Shown: positions 11,437 to 21,812 of the stretch, in pieces
How positions within the stretch are numbered: position 1 is the stretch's first letter
Layout of the letters: every line of letters begins with the position of its first letter
NCBI GenBank assembly: GCA_030167865.1
Contig: JALAGF010003705.1
Span: 1-64,000 of the forward strand
DNA length: 64,000 bases
Direction: 5' to 3'
Source: Craspedostauros australis
Taxonomy: Eukaryota
Translations under genes and position numbers: made by a program
The notes under the pieces: generated by a model
Database searches by the model: none
What the model was told of the DNA's origin: nothing
Seen by the model: only the letters and a program-made list of their open reading frames with translations

Positions 11437-14400
11437 TTACTGGCCATGGCCGACTTCTTGCATGCTGTAGAATCCATTGTGATCCAGCTGCGATGTCAGG
11501 AACCGCTGCAGATCCAAATCGTCATCTATAGCGCTTGCTGTATCCACCCACGCGTCCGTAGTCCCGGCCGTGAATCTATCGACGGGGTTGCTGTTGATTT
11601 GCTCCGTCAACAGGTGCACCAACTGGAACATCTTTCCATTGAAGACCTCGTTCGATTGGACGACGTGCTCGAGATGGGCCAGGTTAGCCATGCCGAAGAA
11701 TTCACGTTCCTCGGCGATGTCATTCTCGGATTCGAATCCCCACTGTCCTTGATTCACGCGGTACTGCGCGTGAAGCCGTTTCTCCGTCACGATATCCGTC
11801 TGGACCAGTGCTTCTTCCAGCACGGCCTCCTGGAAGACACAGAAATCGATGACAGTCTGCAACAGGTCTTGCAACGCCAAGCCAAGATCGTTGTTGTTGG
11901 CGTTGCCGGTGCTGATGGTGCTTGTGTTAACGTCATCACCAGGCGCAGCGTCCATGCCGAGAAGGCACTTGCGCGTGATCTTTGCCAGGTACCGATCGTG
12001 CGCGGCGATCATATCGTCCAGCGTATTCGCCGCGTCCATCTCCAGCTTGATCTGCTTCCAACCACCTTCGATCACTTCGAACATGATGTAGCTCTTGAAG
12101 TTGACGATGAAATGCATCATGGCCTGGCGCGTGATCGACATGTTGCGCAGCAGTGCCACCGCCTGCGCGTACTCCGCGCTGTTCGATTGATTGAGCCCCT
12201 TGAAATGCGCGGCCGTGTGAAGTGCGTGGTGAAGGATCGCACTTTGCCGCCACGTGTGGTTGAGCATGTATTCTGCACGCCGCAACCGGAACAGCAACGA
12301 GAAGACGACCTTGTACTTGTCGAGCGCCGCGTTGTGCACGATTGCCACAATGGGGTCCGGGACGGTGTAATCCAGCATGAAGATGTCCCAAACCGTTGGC
12401 GATGGTGTTTGTCTGCCGTTGATATCACCGTCCATGGAGAGGCCTGGATCCATCACAAGCTCCACCTGCAAACGATCGAGCACGTTTGCTGGGAGGTACT
12501 TGGCGTTCGTGTTGCGCAATGCGCTTTCGACTATGCTCAGCAAGGAGTGCTTGTAAATGGCGCTCTGCCTCTTCGCTCCGTTGAATTCGGCGTGGAGTCC
12601 ATCCATTAGGGCGGAGAAGAAGTCGCCTTGCCCCATGAACAGGAACTGCTTGATACCGAAGAGATGGTCCAGCAGGTTGTGGTTGGCTCTCAGCGACTCC
12701 AGAATATGGCTGTGCACGATCGCCGTGGCTTGCGTCAGCGTCGTTTCCAGCTTGTTGTTTCGGTTGAGCGTCTGGTCGAAGAAGTATCCCAGCGCTTTGG
12801 CTTTGTGGGCTGTGCCAGGCTTGGTGGGCTGCGCATCGTCGGCGGTGTCGAGTTCCATGGACCATGTGCTGTCCTGGAGACATTTTCGGATGAAGTTGAT
12901 TCCCTTGCCCACGTTGAAGGCTGGCTGGATCAAGGCGGTGTCCAGGATGCCTGTGGGGACCCTGGAAAGGACGACTTCGTATCGCTCATGCCAGAAATCA
13001 ACCTCGTTGGAATTCTCGTTCGCCCTGACGAAGAATTCATTGTGTGGATCTGACAGCACACCTTGCGTCGTCCAAAGGTACAGCATTTCGAACCACGGCA
13101 AGGAGGAGGCACGGAGCAGACGGTTGACGGTGTCGACATGGCGGCTGTCGCCGTGCATAGAATGGCGGTAAAGCGCGGTGAGGAGGAATCCACCAGAAAG
13201 CCTCTCCACGCTGTTGGTAAGCATCGTCAAATTCTTCAGCCGGTGCGTCGGTCCCCGCAATTCGATGAGAAGATGTCGTAGCGTCATCTGCGCCTCGCCG
13301 TTCTCCGTCGCAAATAATCGTGCCTCGAAACTGGAGAGCAGGGAGTGATAATCCCTCAGCTGGTTGACCAGCGTGCCGCAAAATGCCCTCGCGATCACAC
13401 CCTTGAGTTCATCGCCATGGACCAACTGGATGTATTCCTGAATCTTCTGATACAGCCATCCGGCCTCTCCGCAGATCTTGATGGCATCGATGGCACCCGT
13501 GCCTAGCCTCGTGTGGCGCATGTGCCCCGAGTACAGCAATGATTGCGATGTCGCCGCCGAAGATTGAACCCGCACACCATCGTAGTACTGGCAGAATTCA
13601 CCGCCTGCGGGGATAGCATCACGTTTGTAGAAGCGAATGCATTCGCCATCGATTCCCTGCAGAGAGTAGAGACACTCCTGCAGGATCTTGCGCTCCTCCT
13701 TGTGAATATCATGCTTGATTTCCTCCATCCTTTCTTCCGTCGGCATGTCCGGCAGGGATGATGTCCCCTTCTTGATGCCGCTCGCGTTAGACAGTGATGA
13801 TGCCGACATCGAGGCTGACATGGATATTGGCGTTGACACTATCGGTGGATGGTTCTGTTCATTCCCAGGCTCTAAATTGGTGTGATGTTCCATTGATCTC
13901 GATGGAAAAGCGTGCTGTGGTTGCTGCTGTTGCTGTTGCGGTTGCTGATGGGGAGTGTTGGCACTTATGCTCATGCTGGTGTTGCCTGCGGAGCTGTTGA
14001 TACTGATGACGTTGCCCATCGTGCGCTGATCTTTGCTGTCGCCAATCTGCATCTGTGACATGGCTTGAGCCAGATCATTGGAATCCGGTTCAGGTTGAAT
14101 GTTGCGAGGCTGTGATGGCGTACTCGCCGCCCATGTTTGTTGGTGCGTGGGCGTCGCTTGGTGCTGCTTCTTCTGTTGTTGTTGGTGGTGTTGTGGCTGC
14201 TGCTGCTGCTGCTGCTGCTGAGAGTACAAACTCTGAAGATGATTTTTGGCCATGACGCGACTCTTGGTGGACGTCGAGGCATGGATCTGCTTGTTGATGA
14301 CCTTGCTAAGGACAATGAGCAACTGCGGCGGTACATGTTGATGGTCAGGCAGATTGCGTTCCAATCGTTTGTACTGATTCTGGACGAAAGTGAGACAGTT

Positions 14401-14640
14401 CACATCCTGCGTCGATTTGCGCTCGATCCGTCGCCATGCCGACGTCAAATCCTTCATGGTCCTGCCATCGTCGATGTTGCCGCCGCCAACGCCAGAAGCA
14501 CCAGCCGAATTGGCACCGATCTGACTTCCCACAACCCGATGCGCCAATGACAGCGCTGCGTCCGCATCGTACTTATCGCAGTCCACAATGGCATAGACCA
14601 GCCGTTCCAGCGCATCCGAGCTCGCGGCATTGGTCGACAT
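11437..14640 (-). CDS. TUBGCP3: Gamma-tubulin complex component 3 (Spc98/GCP3)
   Basis: Spc97/98 GRIP motifs: LYSLQGIDG, GEAGWLY, GVLSDPHNEFFV, GKGINFIR, LLDHLFGIKQFLFMGQGDFF, WDIFMLDY, YIMFEVIE. Confidence 0.88.
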   Translation of the reverse strand: MSTNAASSDALERLVYAIVDCDKYDADAALSLAHRVVGSQIGANSAGASGVGGGNIDDGRTMKDLTSAWRRIERKSTQDVNCLTFVQNQYKRLERNLPDHQHVPPQLLIVLSKVINKQIHASTSTKSRVMAKNHLQSLYSQQQQQQQQPQHHQQQQKKQHQATPTHQQTWAASTPSQPRNIQPEPDSNDLAQAMSQMQIGDSKDQRTMGNVISINSSAGNTSMSISANTPHQQPQQQQQQPQHAFPSRSMEHHTNLEPGNEQNHPPIVSTPISMSASMSASSLSNASGIKKGTSSLPDMPTEERMEEIKHDIHKEERKILQECLYSLQGIDGECIRFYKRDAIPAGGEFCQYYDGVRVQSSAATSQSLLYSGHMRHTRLGTGAIDAIKICGEAGWLYQKIQEYIQLVHGDELKGVIARAFCGTLVNQLRDYHSLLSSFEARLFATENGEAQMTLRHLLIELRGPTHRLKNLTMLTNSVERLSGGFLLTALYRHSMHGDSRHVDTVNRLLRASSLPWFEMLYLWTTQGVLSDPHNEFFVRANENSNEVDFWHERYEVVLSRVPTGILDTALIQPAFNVGKGINFIRKCLQDSTWSMELDTADDAQPTKPGTAHKAKALGYFFDQTLNRNNKLETTLTQATAIVHSHILESLRANHNLLDHLFGIKQFLFMGQGDFFSALMDGLHAEFNGAKRQSAIYKHSLLSIVESALRNTNAKYLPANVLDRLQVELVMDPGLSMDGDINGRQTPSPTVWDIFMLDYTVPDPIVAIVHNAALDKYKVVFSLLFRLRRAEYMLNHTWRQSAILHHALHTAAHFKGLNQSNSAEYAQAVALLRNMSITRQAMMHFIVNFKSYIMFEVIEGGWKQIKLEMDAANTLDDMIAAHDRYLAKITRKCLLGMDAAPGDDVNTSTISTGNANNNDLGLALQDLLQTVIDFCVFQEAVLEEALVQTDIVTEKRLHAQYRVNQGQWGFESENDIAEEREFFGMANLAHLEHVVQSNEVFNGKMFQLVHLLTEQINSNPVDRFTAGTTDAWVDTASAIDDDLDLQRFLTSQLDHNGFYSMQEVGHGQ

Positions 14641-15347
14641 GATGAGACTGCGGCGTTGTGGTGAGAAATGGATGTCGCCACCGCTTGATTGCTGATAGTG
14701 GTTGTTGTGATCTACGAGCAGAGAGCGGGAAGGATGAATCTTCCGAGAAGTGAGTATGGTACGTGTCCTCGTATTGTATCGTGCTTGTGCTGGTGCGAGT
14801 GCTTCTGCTCGTGTTCGTGGCTCTCCGAAGGTCTGTCTCCAAGTGTGTTAACCCTGGGTTGTGCTCACAAGAACGCCTCTGCGACCAACACCGCTTCTGG
14901 ATTGCATCCATCCCGCCACGAAAGAACACACCAAAAAATGGCGGGAGCGCCAACGAGTTTGAATTTTGAATCTTGTTTCTGTTCGCTCTAGTCACATGGG
15001 TCGATTCGAGTCTCATTTGTACTTGAAGAGTCGAATGATTCGCTCACAACAGTGCATACCGCTTTACTCAAAACTATTTTGGGTGGACTTTTGATTCGGA
15101 TTGTTCGGATACGGTTCACGAAATTGATGATCAGCAACAAACGAGCTGAAACAACAGTAACGACGGCAAGGAGAGGGCGGACAACACGAACAGCAGGCAG
15201 CGTAACAGACAGTGTCAGCAACAACAAAGACGGCACCCTCAGCAACAGCATCCTCCTGCCTCCACGAAGACCATCCCATCCAAGCCCCAGCGTGATCCAG
15301 CACAGCGTCAAAGACCAAGACCAGCCCGTTTTCAACGACCCTCCACC

Positions 15348-16337
15348 ATGACAGCCACCGTGAGTGATCAACGACATGTGACAAGCAAGATGACGATGAT
15401 TATGGAGACCGTGATGAGGACCTCTGGCTGGAATGCTCCGAGTTCAGAGCGAGCAATAGCGGTGATAGCCTCCAAAAGCGTGCGATATTCCTCGCGAGCA
15501 CCCAATCTCACATGATGTTTCCCAATCTGCCACCTCCCCCTCCTCCTTTCTTTCTGCCTTCCTCGAACACCCCCATGACAACACACGATGCAATGTCAAT
15601 AGAAGACTGCCCGTTACTACCCAGCTGAGGACATCAAGCCAGCTAAGGCCACACACAAGGTCAAGCAAAACGTAAGTTGCCACCTCAGTATCGTATCGTT
15701 GAATGGACGCGTTCCCGGCAGCTTCGGTGCTTGTGCGCCTCTTTCTCGTCGTGAATTGAAGCAACGTGGTTGAAAGTGCCGACGATGCCATCTCACCGAC
15801 TGTTCCACCCTCTCACTCACTCCAACCACAAACAAATAATCTTGGCGCTAACCTCTCCGCACCCATTTGACAAATTCGCAGGCACCACGAGTGCGCAAGT
15901 CCATCACACCAGGCACAGTCCTGATCCTGCTGGCGGGACGATTCAGAGGCAAGCGCGTTGTTTGCCTGAAAGCACTCGAGTCTGGATTGCTGTTGGTTTC
16001 TGGCCCATACAAAATTAACGGTGTCCCACTCCGCCGGGTGAACCAAGCGTACGTCATTGCCACATCAACAAAAGTGGATGTCAGCAGCGTCGATGTTGCC
16101 GACATCAACGATGAATACTTCTCACGATCCAAGGACGAGAAGAAGGACGGAGAGGAGGAATTCTTCGCAGGAGACGCACCAAAGCCAGCCGTTGTCACTG
16201 ACCAGAGAAAGGCCGACCAAGAAAAGGTCGACAAGGCCCTGACTGCTGCCGTATCGAAGGTTGACATGCTCGAGGGATACCTTGCCGCCCAGTTCACACT
16301 TACATCCGGAGACAAGCCCCACCTCATGAAGTTCTAA
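15348..16337 (+). CDS. RPL6: 60S ribosomal protein L6 (eL6); exons 15348-15359, 15603-15671 and 15882-16337
   Basis: RYYPAED and RKSITPGTVLILLAGRFRGKRVV...GPYKINGVPLRRVNQAYVIATST...PHLMKF. Phase-0 introns at 15360-15602 (GTGAGT...TAG) and 15672-15881 (GTAAGT...GCTAAC...CAG). The 12-nt first exon (MTAT) is inferred. Confidence 0.95.
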
Positions 16338-17073
16338 TGCGCAGGATGTACTGAGTAAACAAAATAAAAAGCGAATATTCCATCCCGTATCATCCATCCG
16401 CTGCGTGCTGGAATAGATTGTCAGAAGTGTGAACGAGTTAGTAGTGCGGTCGCACCATCATCGCTGCTTCGAAACCCCTATCCCTCACAGAATGCGGAGG
16501 CGCCAGAGATATCTTGTTGTGGTCAACACCCCAAGAACCTACCTCGCTTGTCGGTAGGATTGGAATTGGGACAGGTGATAGGTTGTACTCCATCTTTAGC
16601 TCGTAGCACGCTGAAACAACCTGATTCCCCGCAAACGATGCTTGGATGGATGGTTAGTGTATGATTTGGAGATTGGCATCTAGTAAAATATTATGTTATT
16701 CTAGTATGTACTCGGCTCCATCATGCCTTCAACCAATTCCACCCAACCTCCCCGTTCAACTGTGCGCATCAGCTATTCTCGATACGATACGCTACGGTGC
16801 GAGGAGAGAGAAAGAGGTTGTTGCTGATCATTCCTCGATTCGTTCGATCCACGTAGGTGCGCCTCACCACTTTTCGGTGCGTGCCGATGCTCCACATGTC
16901 AACCCGAAAAGTGATCTTCCTTCCAATCTCACCACCCAACTTCACCTCTCTTGTCACCATCGGCGACCACGCGTCACAAGGCCAAAACCAACTCCAGCCC
17001 ATCCATCATCCATCATCCATCATCCATCAGTCTCCATCCACGGTCTCACGCAACACCAGTGACTAACACCACC

Positions 17074-17865
17074 ATGATGACGATGATGATGCAATCCACT
17101 CCTCTCCGTCTCGGTCTCCTGGCCGCAATTGCATGCACAGCATCCTTGACGTGCAGCGCATTCTCCATCAGCAGCAGCAGCAGCAGTATTGGCAGAGCAG
17201 CAACCACAACAGCACGTCGCACCAGCACGGCCGTGTTTTCGTCCTACATCATCGAACCAGATGATCTCAGCGATGACGTCGGCGTCGACCCCAACAGCGG
17301 TGGTGTGGGCCTGGCATTGAACTGCGCCACGCGCATTTGCGGTGCCGTCTCGTCGAAGGGCGAAGTTGAGCCCGCCGATATGAGTCTGTTCGATGCCTTG
17401 TCCGAGGTCGCGTCGGCACCCACGACGATCGCCGCCATCGGCGAAGGCAAGGAGAACTACGTGGATCCAGGCAAGGGCACCAAACAAGAGATCTTTTACG
17501 GTCCCATTGAAGCCATGAAGGATGTCCTCAGCAACCTCAACGTCGCGGATCTGGACGGCAAGCAGAAAGTGATAATCAACCTTCTCAGCGGTGATGATCT
17601 GATCCTGGGTGAAGTGATGGATGCGATTTCCCAATTCGTGAAAGAAACTGGTGTCGCGCCCAAGAAGCAGAAGATTGAATTCAATTCCATCTCCTTCAAG
17701 GACATCGAGCGGGGTGACTGCACCATCACGATCGTCCTGGGCGATGGTGAGAGTGCCGAGGATGTCAGCGGAGCCGACAAGTCCGTGGCCAACGGCGAAG
17801 TCTACTTCTACAAGGACAAGTACTACACCGTGGATGAGGCGAACTTGAACACCAGCGACGAATAA
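17074..17865 (+). CDS. Predicted plastid-targeted protein with an FtsZ/tubulin C-terminal-like domain and no GTPase domain
   Basis: Signal peptide ending CSA-FS, then a Ser/Thr/Arg-rich transit peptide (diatom ASAFAP-type). The C-terminal half resembles the FtsZ C-domain pattern (AIGEG...DLDGKQKVIINLLSGDDLILGEV...IEFNS...CTITIVLG). Confidence 0.6.
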   Translation: MMTMMMQSTPLRLGLLAAIACTASLTCSAFSISSSSSSIGRAATTTARRTSTAVFSSYIIEPDDLSDDVGVDPNSGGVGLALNCATRICGAVSSKGEVEPADMSLFDALSEVASAPTTIAAIGEGKENYVDPGKGTKQEIFYGPIEAMKDVLSNLNVADLDGKQKVIINLLSGDDLILGEVMDAISQFVKETGVAPKKQKIEFNSISFKDIERGDCTITIVLGDGESAEDVSGADKSVANGEVYFYKDKYYTVDEANLNTSDE

Positions 17866-18052
17866 ATGAATGAAAGATTGAGCAAATAAGTGAAAGATTG
17901 ATTTAACTTAGAGCAGCGCAGCACACTCGTATGTCATGGTACCACAGAGATTGACTGGCGAATGGCCAGGCCGAGCTACGACATTGGTGTTGCATCCAAA
18001 GCAACACAATGATGCAATGGCGGTAGCTGAGCATCGTCGTCGTGGTATGTCA

Positions 18053-19918
18053 CTATTGTCCTTCCGTTGACGGCTTGCCATCTGGTTCGAACGATGAATC
18101 ATCGTCCGCATCCGTCCCATCATCCTTGCTCTCTTGCGGTCCTGGATCCTTGGCAGTTACTTCCATCGCAACGGGCGGCGTTTCCGATGTATCCACCACG
18201 GCCGACGTCAGCTCATCGGTGCTGTTCACGATGTTCTCCAACATTTTAGAAGACGGTTTCCATCTGCGTGTCGATGTTCTGCTGGAGGAATGCGCCATGC
18301 TGGGTTCTTGTGTTTGTAAGACCGCTGCCATGCCGTCGCCTGCAACGTCCGCACACGTTGTTTTGGAGACATTGATCTTCACATCTACGTTTTGACCATC
18401 GGTCTCTGCTTCTTGTTTGACAGTCTTTTCGTTGGATGGATCTGACTTGATAGATTGTACGGGGGCACTTTGTGACTGGGCATTCTCGCCAGCAACCGAA
18501 CTTGGCACCACTTCAGTGGTTGGTGCATCCGATTGGAGTGGATTGGATGTAGCTTCTGGTACTGTTGGTACTGTTGGGTCTTCGTCACCTGTAACTAATG
18601 ATGAGGAAGGCCCAAGATCATTCACAGAAGCTGTTTTTTCGGCATCAATCTCACCATGCGTGCCATCGCTCTTATGCGCCGCCGCTGTTGTCATCGAAGA
18701 CGAAGCAGTCGTCATGGGAACGTCCGTATCCTCCTTTCCTTCTGCGAGGTTGGCCTCCTGCAGCTGCTCTTGTTCTTTCTGCTGCCGCAATTTCTCTGTC
18801 TCCAACCTCTCCCTTTTGAGTTTTTCCCGTTCCTCCTCTGCTTTTATCTGCGCCATCGTCTCGCCATACTTGTCCAATGACAGACCTTGTTTGTAACGTC
18901 GTCGTAGTTCCTTGAATGTAGCAATGTCCACGTAGCCCATGCCAGTCAATGGATCCTTGTATCGCGCTACTTTGCCTGTGATCGCGCACAGAGTTTGTGT
19001 TGCCTTCTTTGGCGGTTCCTGTGATCGTGATAGCACATCCGGCACGTAGTCCATCTCGGGGAATGTGAGCGTGATCAGACGGCCGCGCCTCGAATGGTAT
19101 TTCTGGATGATCTTGGCGCGTGTCCGGTCCCTCGACAGCAGCAGGTCCTTATCCTGATCCGCCAAATCCTGCACGCGCTTGCGAGACAGCAACCATCTTC
19201 TGTTGCCTGGCTCCGTTTCGTGCACGGCCTCCAGCAGCAATTCTTCCTGCTTGTACTTGCGTCGCATCAACTTCTTTGCGGAAATGACGACAGGCTTGGG
19301 TTTGCTTTTGGCTTTTGATTTGACGGATGTTTTCGTGGCGGCAGATGCAGTCGCTGCTGCTGGATGCCGTTGCGATCCTTTCTGCACCTGTGAGACTGGC
19401 GGTGTCAACCTCCCAGGCGTCCCCTTGTGTTGGCGCGAAGCAGCAGCAGCAGCAGCAGCATTCGCTGTTAGGCCCGTGACAGGACTGCCAACACCCGGCA
19501 TGGGCAGATTCAGAACGATCCCGGCATTCATTCCATCCCCCATCATGGTCCGCTTGCCCTTGCCTTTCTTCTTGGCCATGAGATCTCTGCCAGCCTTGGC
19601 AATGTCCACGTACTGGCCTCCACCACCGCCGCCTCTCTTGCGTCGTTTCTCGGACCTTCGCAGCGTCGATTCGGCATCGGCGGCCGCCGCGATCTCGTCG
19701 GCTTCATTGTCGCTCTCGCTGTCGTTGAAGTCGGAGTCGAAGACATCCTTGCGCAGCGCCGAGTCCTCGTCTGATTCACGGAAGGATTCGTTGCCGCTGT
19801 CGGAACCGTCCGCCCACGTATTGTGGCCCCAGAACATGTCGTCATCTTCCTGAGCCTTGCCGACGAGCTCCGTCATGCGCTTGCCCGCGGTTTTGCGCCG
19901 TTGTCGGCCTTCCGTCAT
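18053..19918 (-). CDS. VPS72: SWR1 complex subunit VPS72/YL1 (Swc2)
   Basis: N-terminal RRKTAGKRMTELV, DVFDSDFNDSE and QEELLLEA..TE..N; YL1_C motif CAITGKVARYKDPLTGMGY. Confidence 0.88.
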   Translation of the reverse strand: MTEGRQRRKTAGKRMTELVGKAQEDDDMFWGHNTWADGSDSGNESFRESDEDSALRKDVFDSDFNDSESDNEADEIAAAADAESTLRRSEKRRKRGGGGGGQYVDIAKAGRDLMAKKKGKGKRTMMGDGMNAGIVLNLPMPGVGSPVTGLTANAAAAAAASRQHKGTPGRLTPPVSQVQKGSQRHPAAATASAATKTSVKSKAKSKPKPVVISAKKLMRRKYKQEELLLEAVHETEPGNRRWLLSRKRVQDLADQDKDLLLSRDRTRAKIIQKYHSRRGRLITLTFPEMDYVPDVLSRSQEPPKKATQTLCAITGKVARYKDPLTGMGYVDIATFKELRRRYKQGLSLDKYGETMAQIKAEEEREKLKRERLETEKLRQQKEQEQLQEANLAEGKEDTDVPMTTASSSMTTAAAHKSDGTHGEIDAEKTASVNDLGPSSSLVTGDEDPTVPTVPEATSNPLQSDAPTTEVVPSSVAGENAQSQSAPVQSIKSDPSNEKTVKQEAETDGQNVDVKINVSKTTCADVAGDGMAAVLQTQEPSMAHSSSRTSTRRWKPSSKMLENIVNSTDELTSAVVDTSETPPVAMEVTAKDPGPQESKDDGTDADDDSSFEPDGKPSTEGQ

Positions 19919-20500
19919 GATTCATTGACTGAGCTGACTGATTGACTGATTGACTGATTGAGCGGAATCGATTACTTTAGAGGGTTGGTGAGTCTGTTGT
20001 GGTGGCTAGCATACTCGTACTTTGCTTGCCTGGTCGCTGCCTTGATGCATGGAGAGTGGTGCTTGACGCTATGATTTGTTTGGTGCTTGGGTGGTCAGCC
20101 AATGATGGACAACACCATGTGTTGGTGTGTTTGTGCCGAAGATACTGTTGGCTCGTGACCGTGTTGTTGTCGATGTTTGGCGGAGGCAATACCATACATA
20201 CGTATACCATAAATTAAGTACCCAATATCAACCATCGTGACGAAAGTGATGTATCCATGATACTAGTGAATGGATACTATTGTACGGCTTGAACCACAAG
20301 CACATCATCGCCATCGCAACAAACGCGGCAACTGCTACCGCCATTCCCTCCATCGCCATCGTTGATCACAACACACTAAGGCAGACACTCGTTGCAGCAT
20401 CCCCTCAATCGACTGCGCACACACACACACACACTCGTACCACCATAGCGGCAACAACCACCATAGCATCAGCAAGAGCGGCAACCAAACTGCACCCCAA

Positions 20501-20923
20501 ATGACGTCCCCGCAGACCGCGGCGTCCACGGTGCGCCAGTCGTACCGCATGCTGGCGCAGCTCATCCGGCGGCTTCCCAACGAGAGCCACCAGCGACAGG
20601 GCATGCAGGAGCTGCGTTCCAAATTCCGCAAACCGCTGCAAGACGGCGAGACGATCGACCTGCGACTGCAGGAGGCCACGGATCGGGCATCCTACCTGCG
20701 CATCATGACGCCCAAGGATCGCAAGACGTCGTCGGGCGGGCGATGGATCTACAAGGACGGCAAGCGTCTGGAAGCCAGCGGCGGGAAGGTCCGGGATGCC
20801 AAAGGCAAGGTGATCTCCAATTGGGATGGCAAGAATCTGGATCCGGATCACGTCAAGCAGCACAACTATCAGCTGAAGCGTGCGGGGTTCCGCAACAATG
20901 CGCATGCGAAAGGGTTCTTTTGA
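20501..20923 (+). CDS. Small LYR-motif-like protein (probably mitochondrial)
   Basis: SYRMLAQLIRRLP...LRSKFR pattern of the Complex1_LYR-like fold; coding-type codon bias. Confidence 0.55.
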   Translation: MTSPQTAASTVRQSYRMLAQLIRRLPNESHQRQGMQELRSKFRKPLQDGETIDLRLQEATDRASYLRIMTPKDRKTSSGGRWIYKDGKRLEASGGKVRDAKGKVISNWDGKNLDPDHVKQHNYQLKRAGFRNNAHAKGFF

Positions 20924-21812
20924 TGGACCGATTGATGGATGGATGGATTGATGGATAGATTATTAGGTGGAACGCCAGGTGATTCCTAGCAAACCACGAC
21001 TTAGATCTCCTTTCTCATTCATGATGTAAATGCATATCGAGTATATTAGTCATACATTCTATTCTACTCCACACTCGTAGTCGAATGGTAGGCTTGGCGC
21101 CATTCGATTGATGAGATCAGCGTGGATTGGACAAACTGGGACAAGAACGGAAAGAAATGGCGGAATTGGTGACAGAGTACGAGTACCACGGTGAACGTAT
21201 CATCGCTGTACATTCTTGGATGACCTTGTTGCGTGCGTCTGACGCCACACAGAGTTCTTTGAGTTTCTTCCAGCGCGAAAAACAAGAATCATGCAAGTTG
21301 GATGACGTGTTGCAGCCAATCACAATGCGTGATGTCCAGAATGTCTTGATCTTACCAAGAATCCACTGCGCAACACCAAAAAGAGGAGAAGAGAGAACGG
21401 AAGAAAGTCCCAACGAAAGGAGACAAAAACCAGAACAACGAGAGGAGAGAGGCAAAAAGCGGCACACAAAAGGAGTCAACCAAGACCAGCACAACCAGAC
21501 ACAAGAGACATCACAAGACCACACCAAGGGGGAAGTTGCGTCTGCGGTTGCATTGACTGCCATACCCATGCCAATACAATCGCAAGCAGATTGCACACAA
21601 AGTAGAGTAGATTAGAATAGAGTAATCTATAGAGTGGCGGCAACACCAGGAGCAGCACGAACAGAGCGACCTTGCATAGCCAGCTTGCCGTGCCCACTGC
21701 ATAGATCGCGCAAATACATACCGCCAATACCGCGTCTAGCTCGTGCCTGTCGTACTGCCAGTAATACTGCCATAGCACGAGCTGTTGGTGGAGGAACAGG
21801 AAAGAACGGGAG

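Noticed and set aside
15360-15602. Intronic C/D snoRNA in RPL6 intron 1 (GTGATGA at 15411)
   Set aside because: No downstream CTGA D box or terminal stem was found in the intron.
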